Source: a virus
Lineage: Duplodnaviria > Caudoviricetes
IMG/VR virus record: IMGVR_UViG_3300003888_000071
Coordinates: 1-40,246 of that record
DNA length: 40,246 bases
Strand: one strand, 5' to 3'
The notes below the pieces were generated by a model, which saw only the letters and a program-made list of their open reading frames with translations, made no database searches and had not been told where the DNA came from. Below are positions 9,486-17,871 of this stretch, piece after piece (within the stretch, counting starts at the first letter, position 1; each line of letters starts with the position of its first letter). A program made the position numbers and the translations under genes.

Positions 9486-9745
9486 TGGATGCCGCCGTCT
9501 GGGTTCCCATGCTCATCAACGTCCTGTTGGGCTTGGTCGTCTTTTTCGGCGGCCTGTGGGTTCGCAATCTGCAAGGGGCGCTCAAGCGCAACGAAACCGA
9601 ACTGGCGGCCGTGCGCGAAAAAGTGGCCGAAGGCTGCGTGCGTCGCGACGACTATATACTGATGCGCTCGGAAATGCTGGCCCGGCTGGCCGCCATCGAA
9701 GGCAAGCTGGATCGGCTCATCGAACGCCCGGGAGACAAAGCATGA
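9485..9745 (+). CDS. Small TM/coiled-coil phage protein
   Basis: TGATG coupling; N-terminal TM; C-terminal 'IEGKLDRLIE'. Confidence 0.65.
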   Translation: MDAAVWVPMLINVLLGLVVFFGGLWVRNLQGALKRNETELAAVREKVAEGCVRRDDYILMRSEMLARLAAIEGKLDRLIERPGDKA

Positions 9746-9942
9746 AGGATCGTATGGAGGAAGCGGGAGAAACCACGGAAGTGGCGCTCCTGCGCCGTAT
9801 CGACGGCAAAATGGACACGGTGGTGGATCGCCTGGACGCCGTGGAACGGCGGGCCATGGTGGCCGGCGGCAGTTCCGGCGCTCTGGCCGGCGGCGTGGTG
9901 GCCCTGGCCATCAGCTACATCCGGGCCAAGATGGGCTGGTAG
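9742..9942 (+). CDS. Small phage protein with C-terminal hydrophobic segment
   Basis: ATGA overlap, GGAG RBS; 'RIDGKMD...GALAGGVVALAI'. Confidence 0.6.
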   Translation: MKDRMEEAGETTEVALLRRIDGKMDTVVDRLDAVERRAMVAGGSSGALAGGVVALAISYIRAKMGW

Positions 9943-9945
9943 GTC

Positions 9946-10443
9946 ATGGCCCACGGCAAGGACAAGGTCGCGGCCGTTCGAGCCGCCTACATGCACGAGC
10001 GTCTGCCCCTGGAAGCGGCGGCAGCCAAGGTCGGCGTGCCTGCGGCCACGGCCGCGCGTTGGAAGCGCAAGGCCAAAGAAACCGGCGACGATTGGGACAA
10101 GCTGCGGGCCGCCTGCCTGCTGGCCGGCGACGGCGTGGAAGCGGTAGCCCGGCAGATGCTGGCCGACTACGTGGTGCAGCACAAAAGCCTCATGGAGCAG
10201 ATCGCGGCCAACGATTTGGCGGCGGCGGTCAAGGTGGGGATGCTGGCCAGTCTGGCCGACAGCTTCAACAAAACCGTGGCGGCGTCCAAGCGCGTGCTGC
10301 CGGAAACCTCCGAGCTGGCCACGGCGCTTTCGGTGCTGGACAAACTCGGCAGCTTCATCCGCGACCACTTCCCCCAGCACGGCCCGGCCTTTGTGGAAGT
10401 GCTGGAACCTTTCGGTGCGGTCATCGCCAGACAGTACGGATAA
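9946..10443 (+). CDS. DUF1804-like protein, probable terminase small subunit
   Basis: 'MAH...VRAAY...LEAAA...ARWKRKAK..GDDWDKLRAA'; immediately upstream of TerL. Confidence 0.75.
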   Translation: MAHGKDKVAAVRAAYMHERLPLEAAAAKVGVPAATAARWKRKAKETGDDWDKLRAACLLAGDGVEAVARQMLADYVVQHKSLMEQIAANDLAAAVKVGMLASLADSFNKTVAASKRVLPETSELATALSVLDKLGSFIRDHFPQHGPAFVEVLEPFGAVIARQYG

Positions 10444-10452
10444 AGGCCCGCC

Positions 10453-12087
10453 GTGAAGCTCAAGCAAAAGGATTTCCTGGCCGAACTGGCCAAGCTGGCC
10501 GAGGGCCTTCGCCGCACCATCGAAGCCGAATGCGGCGGCTTTGCCTCGGACCCGGCCGCCTCTCGGGAGCGCCGCGCGCGCGTGCAGGCCGACTTCGCCT
10601 TTTTCCGCCACACCTATTTTCCGCATTACAGCCGGTACGGCGATTCCGTGCTCCACGCCTGGTTGGATACGACCCTGCCGGCGCTGGTGGACCGCCCGGA
10701 CGGCCAGCGGCTGGCCTGCGCCGCGCCGCGCGGCGAAGCCAAGTCCACCATCGTGGCCATGATCTTCGTCCTATGGTGTCTGCTGACCGGCCGCAAACGC
10801 TACGTGATCCTCATTGCCGACGCCTTTGAGCAGGCCGCCGCCTTGCTGGAAGCGGTCAAGGCCGAGCTGGAGGCCAACCCGCGTCTGGCCATGGATTATC
10901 CCGAAGGCGCGGGCCTGGGCCGGGTTTGGAACGTGGGCGTGGCCATCACCGCCGGCAACGCCAAAATCCAGGCCTTTGGCAGCGGCAAGCGGATGCGCGG
11001 CCTGCGCCACGGACCGCATCGGCCGGACCTGGTCATCTGCGACGACCTGGAAAACGATGAGAACGTCAAAAGCCCGGAGCAGCGGGACAAGCTGCAAAGC
11101 TGGCTGCAAAAGACGGTTCTTTCGCTCGGCGAGGCCGGCGATACCATGGACGTGATTCTGGTGGGCACGGTGCTGCACTACGATTCCGTACTGGCTAGGC
11201 TGCTTGGCAATCGGCTGTGGCGTTCGCGCAAGTTCCAGGCCGTGATCCAGTGGCCGAGTCGCTCGGACCTGTGGGACCGCTGGGAGGAAATCCTGCTGGC
11301 CGACGGCGAAGACCCGGCCCGGGAGTTCTACCGGCAGCGGACGGCGGCCATGGAAGAAGGCGCGGTGGTTTCCTGGCCGAGCGCCCGGCCGCTCTACAAG
11401 CTCATGCTCAAGCGCGCCCGGGACGGCCACGCCGCCTTTGATTCCGAGCAGCAAAACGACCCGCTGTCCGGCGAGGATGCGCCGTTTGCCGGCTGCCTCA
11501 CCTTTTGGGTGGAGCGGCGCAACGACTGGCTCTTTTTCGGGGCCGTGGACCCGAGCCTGGGCAAGGCCGGGGCCAGCCGCGACCCGTCGGCCCTATTGAT
11601 CGGCGGCTATTCCCGGGAGCGCGGCGTGCTGGACGTGGTCGAGGCGTCGATCCGCAAGCGCCTGCCGGACCGCATCATCGAAGACGTGCTGGATTTCCAC
11701 GCCCGCTACCGCTGCCTGTTGTGGGTGGTGGAGGCGGTGCAGTTTCAGGAATTCTTGCGCACCGAGCTGATCCGCCGCGCCGCCCTGCGGGGGCTGGCCA
11801 TCCCGGCCCGGGCCGTTGTGCCCATTGCGGACAAGACGCTTCGCATCGAATCCATGCAGCCGTATTTCGCCCAGGGCCGCATCCGCCTGCACACGTCCCA
11901 GCGCACGCTCATCGAGCAGCTCAAACATTTCCCCAAGGCCGACCACGACGACGGCCCGGACGCCCTGCACATGCTCTGGCAAGCCGCCGCAACGGGGTTT
12001 GCCGCCATGGCGTTCACCCGCGTGCCCAAGGCCGGCGGCCGCAACCTGATCCGAAAGGGACGCCATGAGCACGCCGACGATGATTGA
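10453..12087 (+). CDS. Terminase large subunit
   Basis: Walker A 'APRGEAKST', Walker B 'LVICDDLE', 'GT' coupling motif, nuclease 'VDPS' and 'HDDGPDAL'. Confidence 0.93.
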   Translation: MKLKQKDFLAELAKLAEGLRRTIEAECGGFASDPAASRERRARVQADFAFFRHTYFPHYSRYGDSVLHAWLDTTLPALVDRPDGQRLACAAPRGEAKSTIVAMIFVLWCLLTGRKRYVILIADAFEQAAALLEAVKAELEANPRLAMDYPEGAGLGRVWNVGVAITAGNAKIQAFGSGKRMRGLRHGPHRPDLVICDDLENDENVKSPEQRDKLQSWLQKTVLSLGEAGDTMDVILVGTVLHYDSVLARLLGNRLWRSRKFQAVIQWPSRSDLWDRWEEILLADGEDPAREFYRQRTAAMEEGAVVSWPSARPLYKLMLKRARDGHAAFDSEQQNDPLSGEDAPFAGCLTFWVERRNDWLFFGAVDPSLGKAGASRDPSALLIGGYSRERGVLDVVEASIRKRLPDRIIEDVLDFHARYRCLLWVVEAVQFQEFLRTELIRRAALRGLAIPARAVVPIADKTLRIESMQPYFAQGRIRLHTSQRTLIEQLKHFPKADHDDGPDALHMLWQAAATGFAAMAFTRVPKAGGRNLIRKGRHEHADDD

Positions 12088-13678
12088 TCGCCTCAAAGCC
12101 GCGTTTGCTGGTTTCAAGGGCCGCAATAAAGCCGGCATGCAGACGGCCCAGGTGGCCGCCCTGCACAACGCCTACATTGCCAGCCTGACCGGCGGGCTGA
12201 CGCCCAAGCGGTTGGAAGCCGTCCTGCGCGCCGCCGACGAAGGCGACATCCTGGCCCAGCACACCCTGTTTGCCGACATCGAAGACCGGGACGAGCATAT
12301 CCACGCCGAGCTGTCCAAACGCCGCCGGTCGCTGCTGTCCATCCCCTGGCGCATCGAACCCGGCCGGGCCGGCGGCAAGCGGGCCGACGCCATAGCCGGG
12401 GCCGTGCGCGAACAGGTGGAGGCCATCCCGGATTTCGAGGACGTGATCCTGGATATGGCCGACGCCGTGGGGCACGGCTTTGCCTGCCTGGAAATCGAAT
12501 GGAGCTTTGACGGCGCCCGGCATCTGCCGGCCGGCCTGCACCATCGGCCGCAAAGCTGGTTCATGCTAGCCGACGATCAGGCCGCCTTGCGGCTGCGCGA
12601 CAACACGCCCGAAGGCCAAGAGCTGTGGGGCCTGGGCTGGATCGTGCACAAACACCGCAGCAAATCCGGCGCGCTTGCCCGCTCCGGGCTGTTTCGGGTG
12701 CTGTGCTGGACGTTTTTGCTCAAGCAGTATTGCCGGGGCGATTTTTCGCAGTTCCTGGAAATCCACGGTCTGCCGCTGCGCCTGGGCAAATATCCGGCCG
12801 GGGCCAGCGACGCGGAACAAAAGACCCTGCTGGGCGCGTTGCGGGCGCTTGGTTCCGACGCCGCCGGCATCATCCCGGACGGCATGATGGTGGAATTTAA
12901 GGAAGCCGCCCGGGGTTCGGAAAAGCCGTTCATGGCCATGCACGAGCTGTGCGAAACCGGCCAGTCCAAGGCCATCCTGGGCAGTACGCTGACCACCGAC
13001 ACCAAGGGCGTGGGCAGTCAGGCCCTTGGGGAAATCCACAACGAGGTGCGCCTGGACATTCTGGCCAGCGACGCCCGGCAGATCGCCGGCAGCCTGACCC
13101 GGCAGCTGCTGGCCCCGCTGGCCTTTCTCAACGAAGGCGTGACCGATCCGGGCCTGCTGCCGCGCTTCGTCTTTGACCCGTCCCGGCCCGAGGATTTGGA
13201 AAAGCTGGCCAAGTCCCTGCCGGATTTGGCCGAGATCATGGACATTCCCACCCGCTGGGCGCACGAGCGCGCCGGCATCCCGCTGCCCGAAGACGGCGAG
13301 CCGGTGCTGGCGCGCAAGAGCCGGACCAAGACGCAGCCGCCCGGCGATGCCGTGGCCGATCCCGGTCCTACGGGCAAGACAAAGACCGAAGCCACGGCCG
13401 CCCTGACGGCCGAAGGCGGCGACGAGCCGCATTTCCCGGACCAGGACGCGGTGGACGCGGCCGAGATTCCCGAGGCCGTGCTGACGGCCCTGGCCAGGGA
13501 CATGCTGGCCCCGATTTTCGCCGAGGCGGAAAGCGGCGTGGCCCCGGAGGCGCTTTTGGGCAAGCTGGCCGAACTGTACCCCCGGATGGACACCACGGCC
13601 CTGGAAGAATTGACCGCCCGGGTCATCTTCGTGGGGCAGCTGTGGGGCCGGCTGTCCGCCCAGGCCGAAGTCGAATAG
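12065..13678 (+). CDS. Portal protein (Mu gp29 / DUF935)
   Basis: 'GLTPKRL..VLRAADEGD', 'EIHGLPLRLGKY', 'SKAILGSTLT', 'ALGEIHNEVR'. Confidence 0.92.
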   Translation: MSTPTMIDRLKAAFAGFKGRNKAGMQTAQVAALHNAYIASLTGGLTPKRLEAVLRAADEGDILAQHTLFADIEDRDEHIHAELSKRRRSLLSIPWRIEPGRAGGKRADAIAGAVREQVEAIPDFEDVILDMADAVGHGFACLEIEWSFDGARHLPAGLHHRPQSWFMLADDQAALRLRDNTPEGQELWGLGWIVHKHRSKSGALARSGLFRVLCWTFLLKQYCRGDFSQFLEIHGLPLRLGKYPAGASDAEQKTLLGALRALGSDAAGIIPDGMMVEFKEAARGSEKPFMAMHELCETGQSKAILGSTLTTDTKGVGSQALGEIHNEVRLDILASDARQIAGSLTRQLLAPLAFLNEGVTDPGLLPRFVFDPSRPEDLEKLAKSLPDLAEIMDIPTRWAHERAGIPLPEDGEPVLARKSRTKTQPPGDAVADPGPTGKTKTEATAALTAEGGDEPHFPDQDAVDAAEIPEAVLTALARDMLAPIFAEAESGVAPEALLGKLAELYPRMDTTALEELTARVIFVGQLWGRLSAQAEVE

Positions 13679-13681
13679 GCC

Positions 13682-14920
13682 ATGCCCGCGCCAGTTTCCC
13701 TTTCCTTTGCCATGGGCCTGCCGCCGAAAGAGGCCGTGGCTTATTTCGAGTCCAAGGGCTACCGCGTCACCTTCGACTGGCACGAGATGGAGCAGGCCGC
13801 CCATGCCCAAGCCTTCACCGTGGCCAAGGCGGCCAGCCTGAACGTGTTGGCCGACATCCGCGCCGCTTGCCGGACTGCCCTGGCCGAGGGCAAGACCGAA
13901 GCATGGTTCCGCAAAGACCTGGAACCGCAGCTGCGCGCCAAGGGCTGGTGGGGCAAGAAAAAGATGGTCGATCCCCGCACCGGCGAGGAACGCAAGGTCC
14001 AGCTCGGCAGCCCGGCCCGGCTGCGGCTGATCTACCGCCAGAACATGCAGACCGCCTTTATGGCCGGGCGCTACAAGACCATGCTCGAAAACGCCGACGC
14101 TCGGCCTTGGTGGCAGTACGTGGCCGTGCTGGACGGGCGCACCCGGCCGTCCCACAAAATTCTCGACGGCAAGACCTTCCGTTTCGACGATCCGTTTTGG
14201 AGTTCGCATTACCCGCCCAACGGCTTCAACTGCCGCTGCCGCGTGCGGGCTTTGTCAGACTCCCGGCTGGAGGCCGAGCGGGTTACGCCCGAATCCGGCG
14301 TGGGCAATATGGTCACCGAACAGGCGACCGTGCCTGCCGCCGACGGGCAGCGGTTCACGCGCCCGGTCACGGGCTACAAGCTGCCGTCCGGCTATGTGGC
14401 CTTTACCGACGTGGGCTTTTCCGCCAACCCGGGCGCAAGCTGGCTGGGCGGGGCGCTGGATGAGCTGACGCGCAAGCTCGACGCCGCGCCGCCGGCCCTG
14501 GCCCGGGCGGCCGTGGACGCCATGACGCGCGGGCCGGTGCTGGGGGAATGGCTGGCCAAGCCGGCGGGCAATTTCCCGTTGGCCGTGCTGCCGGCCGAGG
14601 ATGCCGGGTTGATCGGCGCGCGCAGCCAGGTAGCCCGGCTCTCGCCGCAGACCGCCGGCAAGCAGGCGGTCAAGCACCCGGAGCTTGGCCCCGACGACTA
14701 CCGATTGGCCCAGGAGGCGGTGGATAGCGGCGAGCGGGTGCAGGAAAGCGCCCGGAAGCTGGATTATGTGCTGGATCAACCGGGCGGTGTGCTGGTCGTG
14801 GTCAAGGCCACGGCCGAAGGGGACGCGCTTTTCGTGCAAAGCCTTGTCCGGTTAAGCGGCGACGACGCTAAGCGGGAACGCGAGGTGCGGCGGCTTAAAA
14901 AGCGAAGCGCCCCGCTGTAG
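13682..14920 (+). CDS. MuF (gp30) head morphogenesis protein with C-terminal BECR-like nuclease extension
   Basis: MuF core 'WQYVAVLDGRTRPSH...YPPNGFNCRCRV'; C-terminal 'KQAVKHPELGPDDY...VVKAT...LFVQS'. Confidence 0.85.
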   Translation: MPAPVSLSFAMGLPPKEAVAYFESKGYRVTFDWHEMEQAAHAQAFTVAKAASLNVLADIRAACRTALAEGKTEAWFRKDLEPQLRAKGWWGKKKMVDPRTGEERKVQLGSPARLRLIYRQNMQTAFMAGRYKTMLENADARPWWQYVAVLDGRTRPSHKILDGKTFRFDDPFWSSHYPPNGFNCRCRVRALSDSRLEAERVTPESGVGNMVTEQATVPAADGQRFTRPVTGYKLPSGYVAFTDVGFSANPGASWLGGALDELTRKLDAAPPALARAAVDAMTRGPVLGEWLAKPAGNFPLAVLPAEDAGLIGARSQVARLSPQTAGKQAVKHPELGPDDYRLAQEAVDSGERVQESARKLDYVLDQPGGVLVVVKATAEGDALFVQSLVRLSGDDAKREREVRRLKKRSAPL

Positions 14921-14937
14921 TCGGGGCGCTTGGGGCC

Positions 14938-15040
14938 GTGGATGGCGAGGCCTCCCACCCGCTTTCGCGGAAACCTCGCATGGCGCTCCGGGCGAAAAGC
15001 CCGTGCTACGGCAGGGAGAATAGCACCGTGTCGCATCCAC
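14938..15040 (+). ncRNA. Candidate structured RNA downstream of MuF
   Basis: Nested stems GTGGATG/CATCCAC, GCGAGG/CCTCGC, CCGC/GCGG, GGGC/GCCC, GTGCTA/TAGCAC; possible CTCCC/GGGAG loop-loop pairing. Confidence 0.45.
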
Positions 15041-15055
15041 AAAGGGAAAATAACG

Positions 15056-15538
15056 ATGATCGAAATAGAAGTCCATATCGACCAGGCGCAAGCGCTGCTG
15101 GCCAACATCATCGCCGCCGGCCGGGATATGACGCCCATCACCCGCGCCCTGGCCGGCGTGCTGGCCGACATCCCGGAGCGCGCCTTCGCCGCCCAGGCCG
15201 ACCCGGCCACGGGCAATGCCTGGGAGCCGCTGTCGCCAACGACCGTGGCCCGGCGCGGCAGCGCCCAGCCGATCCTGGTGGTCAGCGGCATCCTGGCCGG
15301 CTCCATCCACAGCGACTATGGCCCGGACTTCGCCCGGGTCGGCACGGCCGACGTCAAAGCCCCCACCCACCAGTTCGGGGCCAAGAAAGGGCAGTACGGG
15401 AGGACTCGGCGCGGCGCGCCCATCCCTTGGGGCGACATCCCGGCGCGACCGTTTTTTGGGATTGGCCCGGCGGATGAGGCGGAAATCGCGGAGACGGCGT
15501 TAGAATCGCTGCAAAGGGTGCTGGAAGGGCGAGGTTAG
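15056..15538 (+). CDS. Mu gpG-like virion morphogenesis protein
   Basis: 'F....DP.TG..W.PLSP.T', 'IL..SG.LAGSI', 'THQFG', 'IPARPFFG'; ATG 15056 after AAAGGGA. Confidence 0.88.
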   Translation: MIEIEVHIDQAQALLANIIAAGRDMTPITRALAGVLADIPERAFAAQADPATGNAWEPLSPTTVARRGSAQPILVVSGILAGSIHSDYGPDFARVGTADVKAPTHQFGAKKGQYGRTRRGAPIPWGDIPARPFFGIGPADEAEIAETALESLQRVLEGRG

Positions 15539-15675
15539 GGGGAAGGGGGTAGGAGGGATTTTAACGGGTGGTTAACGGGAAATTTGTATGTATTTCAGCC
15601 CAGGTCCTTTTCACTCGGGGGAGAAATGTGTATTCAACTTGTAACGAATAATTGTTAACGAGTTTAGAGGGTGCA

Positions 15676-16068
15676 ATGAAGAGAGTCTTTTTTTCTTTTA
15701 TGGCTGAAGATAAAAAACAGATTGATCTGCTTAGAATCCTTGCTGCAAATCCAGCTTTTGAAATTGAGTTCTATGACGAGTCTGTTCGGACACCATACAA
15801 TAGCACAAGTGCTGATTATATAAAACGCAATATCAGGGAAAAAATTAGAAGGTCAAGCGTTACGGTTTGCATTGTCAGCCCTAATACACATACCAGCGAA
15901 TGGGTCGCATGGGAACTCGAAGAAAGTTTTAATAATCAGAATAAAGTAATTTTCATGGGTCTTCCTGGGGTGAAAGGAGGAATTATTCTTCCTGCGCCAG
16001 CTTGGGTAAGAAAATGCGTTTGGTATACTTGGGATGTCGACCTGTTGCACAAAATGATTTCGAGTTAG
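15676..16068 (+). CDS. ThsB/DUF1863-like TIR domain protein
   Basis: 'KRVFFSF', 'YIKRNIREKIRRSSVTVCIVSPNTHTSEWVAWELEES' with conserved Glu; AT-rich. Confidence 0.85.
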   Translation: MKRVFFSFMAEDKKQIDLLRILAANPAFEIEFYDESVRTPYNSTSADYIKRNIREKIRRSSVTVCIVSPNTHTSEWVAWELEESFNNQNKVIFMGLPGVKGGIILPAPAWVRKCVWYTWDVDLLHKMISS

Positions 16069-16071
16069 TTT

Positions 16072-16539
16072 ATGACTAAGATCATGACTTCTGATGCAGA
16101 TTCTGGGTACTCTAGGCTTGAGGATCAGATCCGCTGGTACGACAAGAAAAGCATGTGTGCACAGCGCTATTATAAAACAATTAAATTAATTGAAGTGGTG
16201 TGCGCCGCGTCTATCTCGTTGTCATCAATATATTGTTCAGTGATTGCATCCGTGACTGGCGTGCTAATTGTTGTCTTGGAGGCTGTTCAACAGCTGAACC
16301 AATGGCATGCAAATTGGGCGTCGTATAGATCGACTTGTGAATCATTGCGGCATGAAAAATATTGCTACATTGAAAAAGCTGGACCTTATGCTAACATTGG
16401 TTCTGATCAAGCCAGGGTTGTTCTTGTGGAAAGGGTTGAATCGCTTATATCGACAGAGCACAGTAAGTGGATTAGGTCTGTGAACAACTGCAAGGTTAAG
16501 ACTGATAAAATTAGCGAGGAAAAGAGTGATACGGTTTGA
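16072..16539 (+). CDS. DUF4231 / SLATT-like two-TM protein
   Basis: 'LEDQIRWYDKKS', two hydrophobic segments, 'W..YR.T.E.LRHEKY.Y', 'LVERVESLISTE...W'. Confidence 0.82.
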   Translation: MTKIMTSDADSGYSRLEDQIRWYDKKSMCAQRYYKTIKLIEVVCAASISLSSIYCSVIASVTGVLIVVLEAVQQLNQWHANWASYRSTCESLRHEKYCYIEKAGPYANIGSDQARVVLVERVESLISTEHSKWIRSVNNCKVKTDKISEEKSDTV

Positions 16540-17779
16540 AATTAACGGTCGCAATGTTGACCCTAGCAATATGGAAGATGCGCTACTCGCTGCCGTTCTT
16601 GTGTCTGTTAAAGAAAATATCCACAGTAAAATATGTTCAATAAAAGACCCAACAACTGGAGAGTCTCCAGTTGTTACAGTGAAAGGAAAGTCGCTGGATG
16701 ATCTGAAGCTGTACGTATCTGGTTCCGAAAGTATTTGTGCCGTTGTAAAAGATAGGCTTGGTCTAGAGTTGTCAACGTCTATCGAGGAAAGGTGTGTTGA
16801 CGATCAGCCGGCTGTGGGGAAATATGTTTTTTTGTGCTATGCATCGGAAGATTTTGAAATTGCAGAGGCAACGGTTGAAACTCTGCATAAAAATGGGATT
16901 GAAGCTTTTTTTTATAAACTTGAGGGGCACGATGAACCTAGTTTCGTCAGAAAAATCTCTGACGCGCTAGACCGTTGTACCGATTTTATTGCAATATGCA
17001 GCAATTCTAGCATAAATAAGCATTGGGTAAAGTTCGAAATTGATACGGCAATTATCCAGCGTCAAAGTAGAAAAGTTCAAATAACACTTATCCTTGTTGA
17101 TTTAACCCCAGATAATCTTCCTTCTGTGTATCAGGGGCTTCATCTGCGTCCGTGGAATGAAAATTTTTCAGTATTAGACAATATTGTATCTGATGTACTA
17201 GGTATTAGTAAAAAGCCAGACCTCGAAGCGCTGCCTTCCGTTGTTGAATATAAAGTTTTTGAAAGCATGCTCTCTCCTGCTGCTACGTCAATCGTAAAGA
17301 TGATAATTGAACAATCAGAGACTGGATATGGTGTCGACATGCAACTTTCGCCGTCAGATATTCGAGCACGCATCAATATTTCAGATGATGATATCATAGA
17401 TGCAGTTGATGAACTAGAAGGGCAAGAATATATTAAAAAACTTGCATCATTTGGATGTGGGGCCATAGGATTTGATAGGATTATTCCTGAGCCAACCATG
17501 TTTGTTGATTTTGATAGTCTATTTACGCCATGGAACCCTGAAGATGATGCTTTAAGAATTGCACAAAAAATTGCAGTAGAAAATCGAGATTCGTATAATG
17601 TTAAAGAGTTGGCAGATTTGTTCGGATGGGAGTGCCGGCGTATGAATCCTGCGGTAAATTTCCTTGTTGAAAGAAAACTTGTCGGCACATCTGACTCAAT
17701 ATCCTATCCATGGTCGACATTGTGGATAAGGAAATTGCCCGCAACGCGAAGGTTTGTGAGAGATCGTACGTTGGCATAA
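16526..17779 (+). CDS. TIR-domain protein with N-terminal extension and C-terminal winged-helix-like domains
   Basis: 'VFLCYASED', 'KISDALDRCTDFIAICSNSSINKHWVKFEIDTA'; 'DIIDAVDELEGQEYI' and 'VKELADLFGWECRRMNPAVNFLVERKLV'. Confidence 0.8.
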   Translation: MIRFEINGRNVDPSNMEDALLAAVLVSVKENIHSKICSIKDPTTGESPVVTVKGKSLDDLKLYVSGSESICAVVKDRLGLELSTSIEERCVDDQPAVGKYVFLCYASEDFEIAEATVETLHKNGIEAFFYKLEGHDEPSFVRKISDALDRCTDFIAICSNSSINKHWVKFEIDTAIIQRQSRKVQITLILVDLTPDNLPSVYQGLHLRPWNENFSVLDNIVSDVLGISKKPDLEALPSVVEYKVFESMLSPAATSIVKMIIEQSETGYGVDMQLSPSDIRARINISDDDIIDAVDELEGQEYIKKLASFGCGAIGFDRIIPEPTMFVDFDSLFTPWNPEDDALRIAQKIAVENRDSYNVKELADLFGWECRRMNPAVNFLVERKLVGTSDSISYPWSTLWIRKLPATRRFVRDRTLA

Positions 17780-17819
17780 TACGCCTCGCTGTTGACGTGT
17801 TTCCTTTTTATCATCCCCT

Positions 17820-17871
17820 CTGAACCCCTTCACCTTTCGCGCATCCCCCTTCCGCCACTAGCGTGGCGGAC
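17820..17871 (+). promoter_or_regulatory. Late promoter candidate 2 (head operon)
   Basis: CTGAACCCCTTCACCT; TAGCGT at 17859 (38 nt spacing) in TCCGCCAC/GTGGCGGA dyad. Confidence 0.7.

Noticed and set aside
14938-15040. tRNA or HDV-like ribozyme
   Set aside because: No T-loop/anticodon cloverleaf or CCA end, and I could not fit the P3/P1.1 pairings of an HDV-like fold
14930-15055. Upstream extension of gpG, or ORF 14938-15477, as an immunity protein
   Set aside because: The extension is Arg/Pro-rich and runs through stem-loops; the better start is ATG 15056; the alternative frame looks like GC-rich noise
15676-17779. Canonical Thoeris (thsA/thsB) call
   Set aside because: No SIR2, SLOG or Macro effector is recognisable, so gene symbols were not assigned
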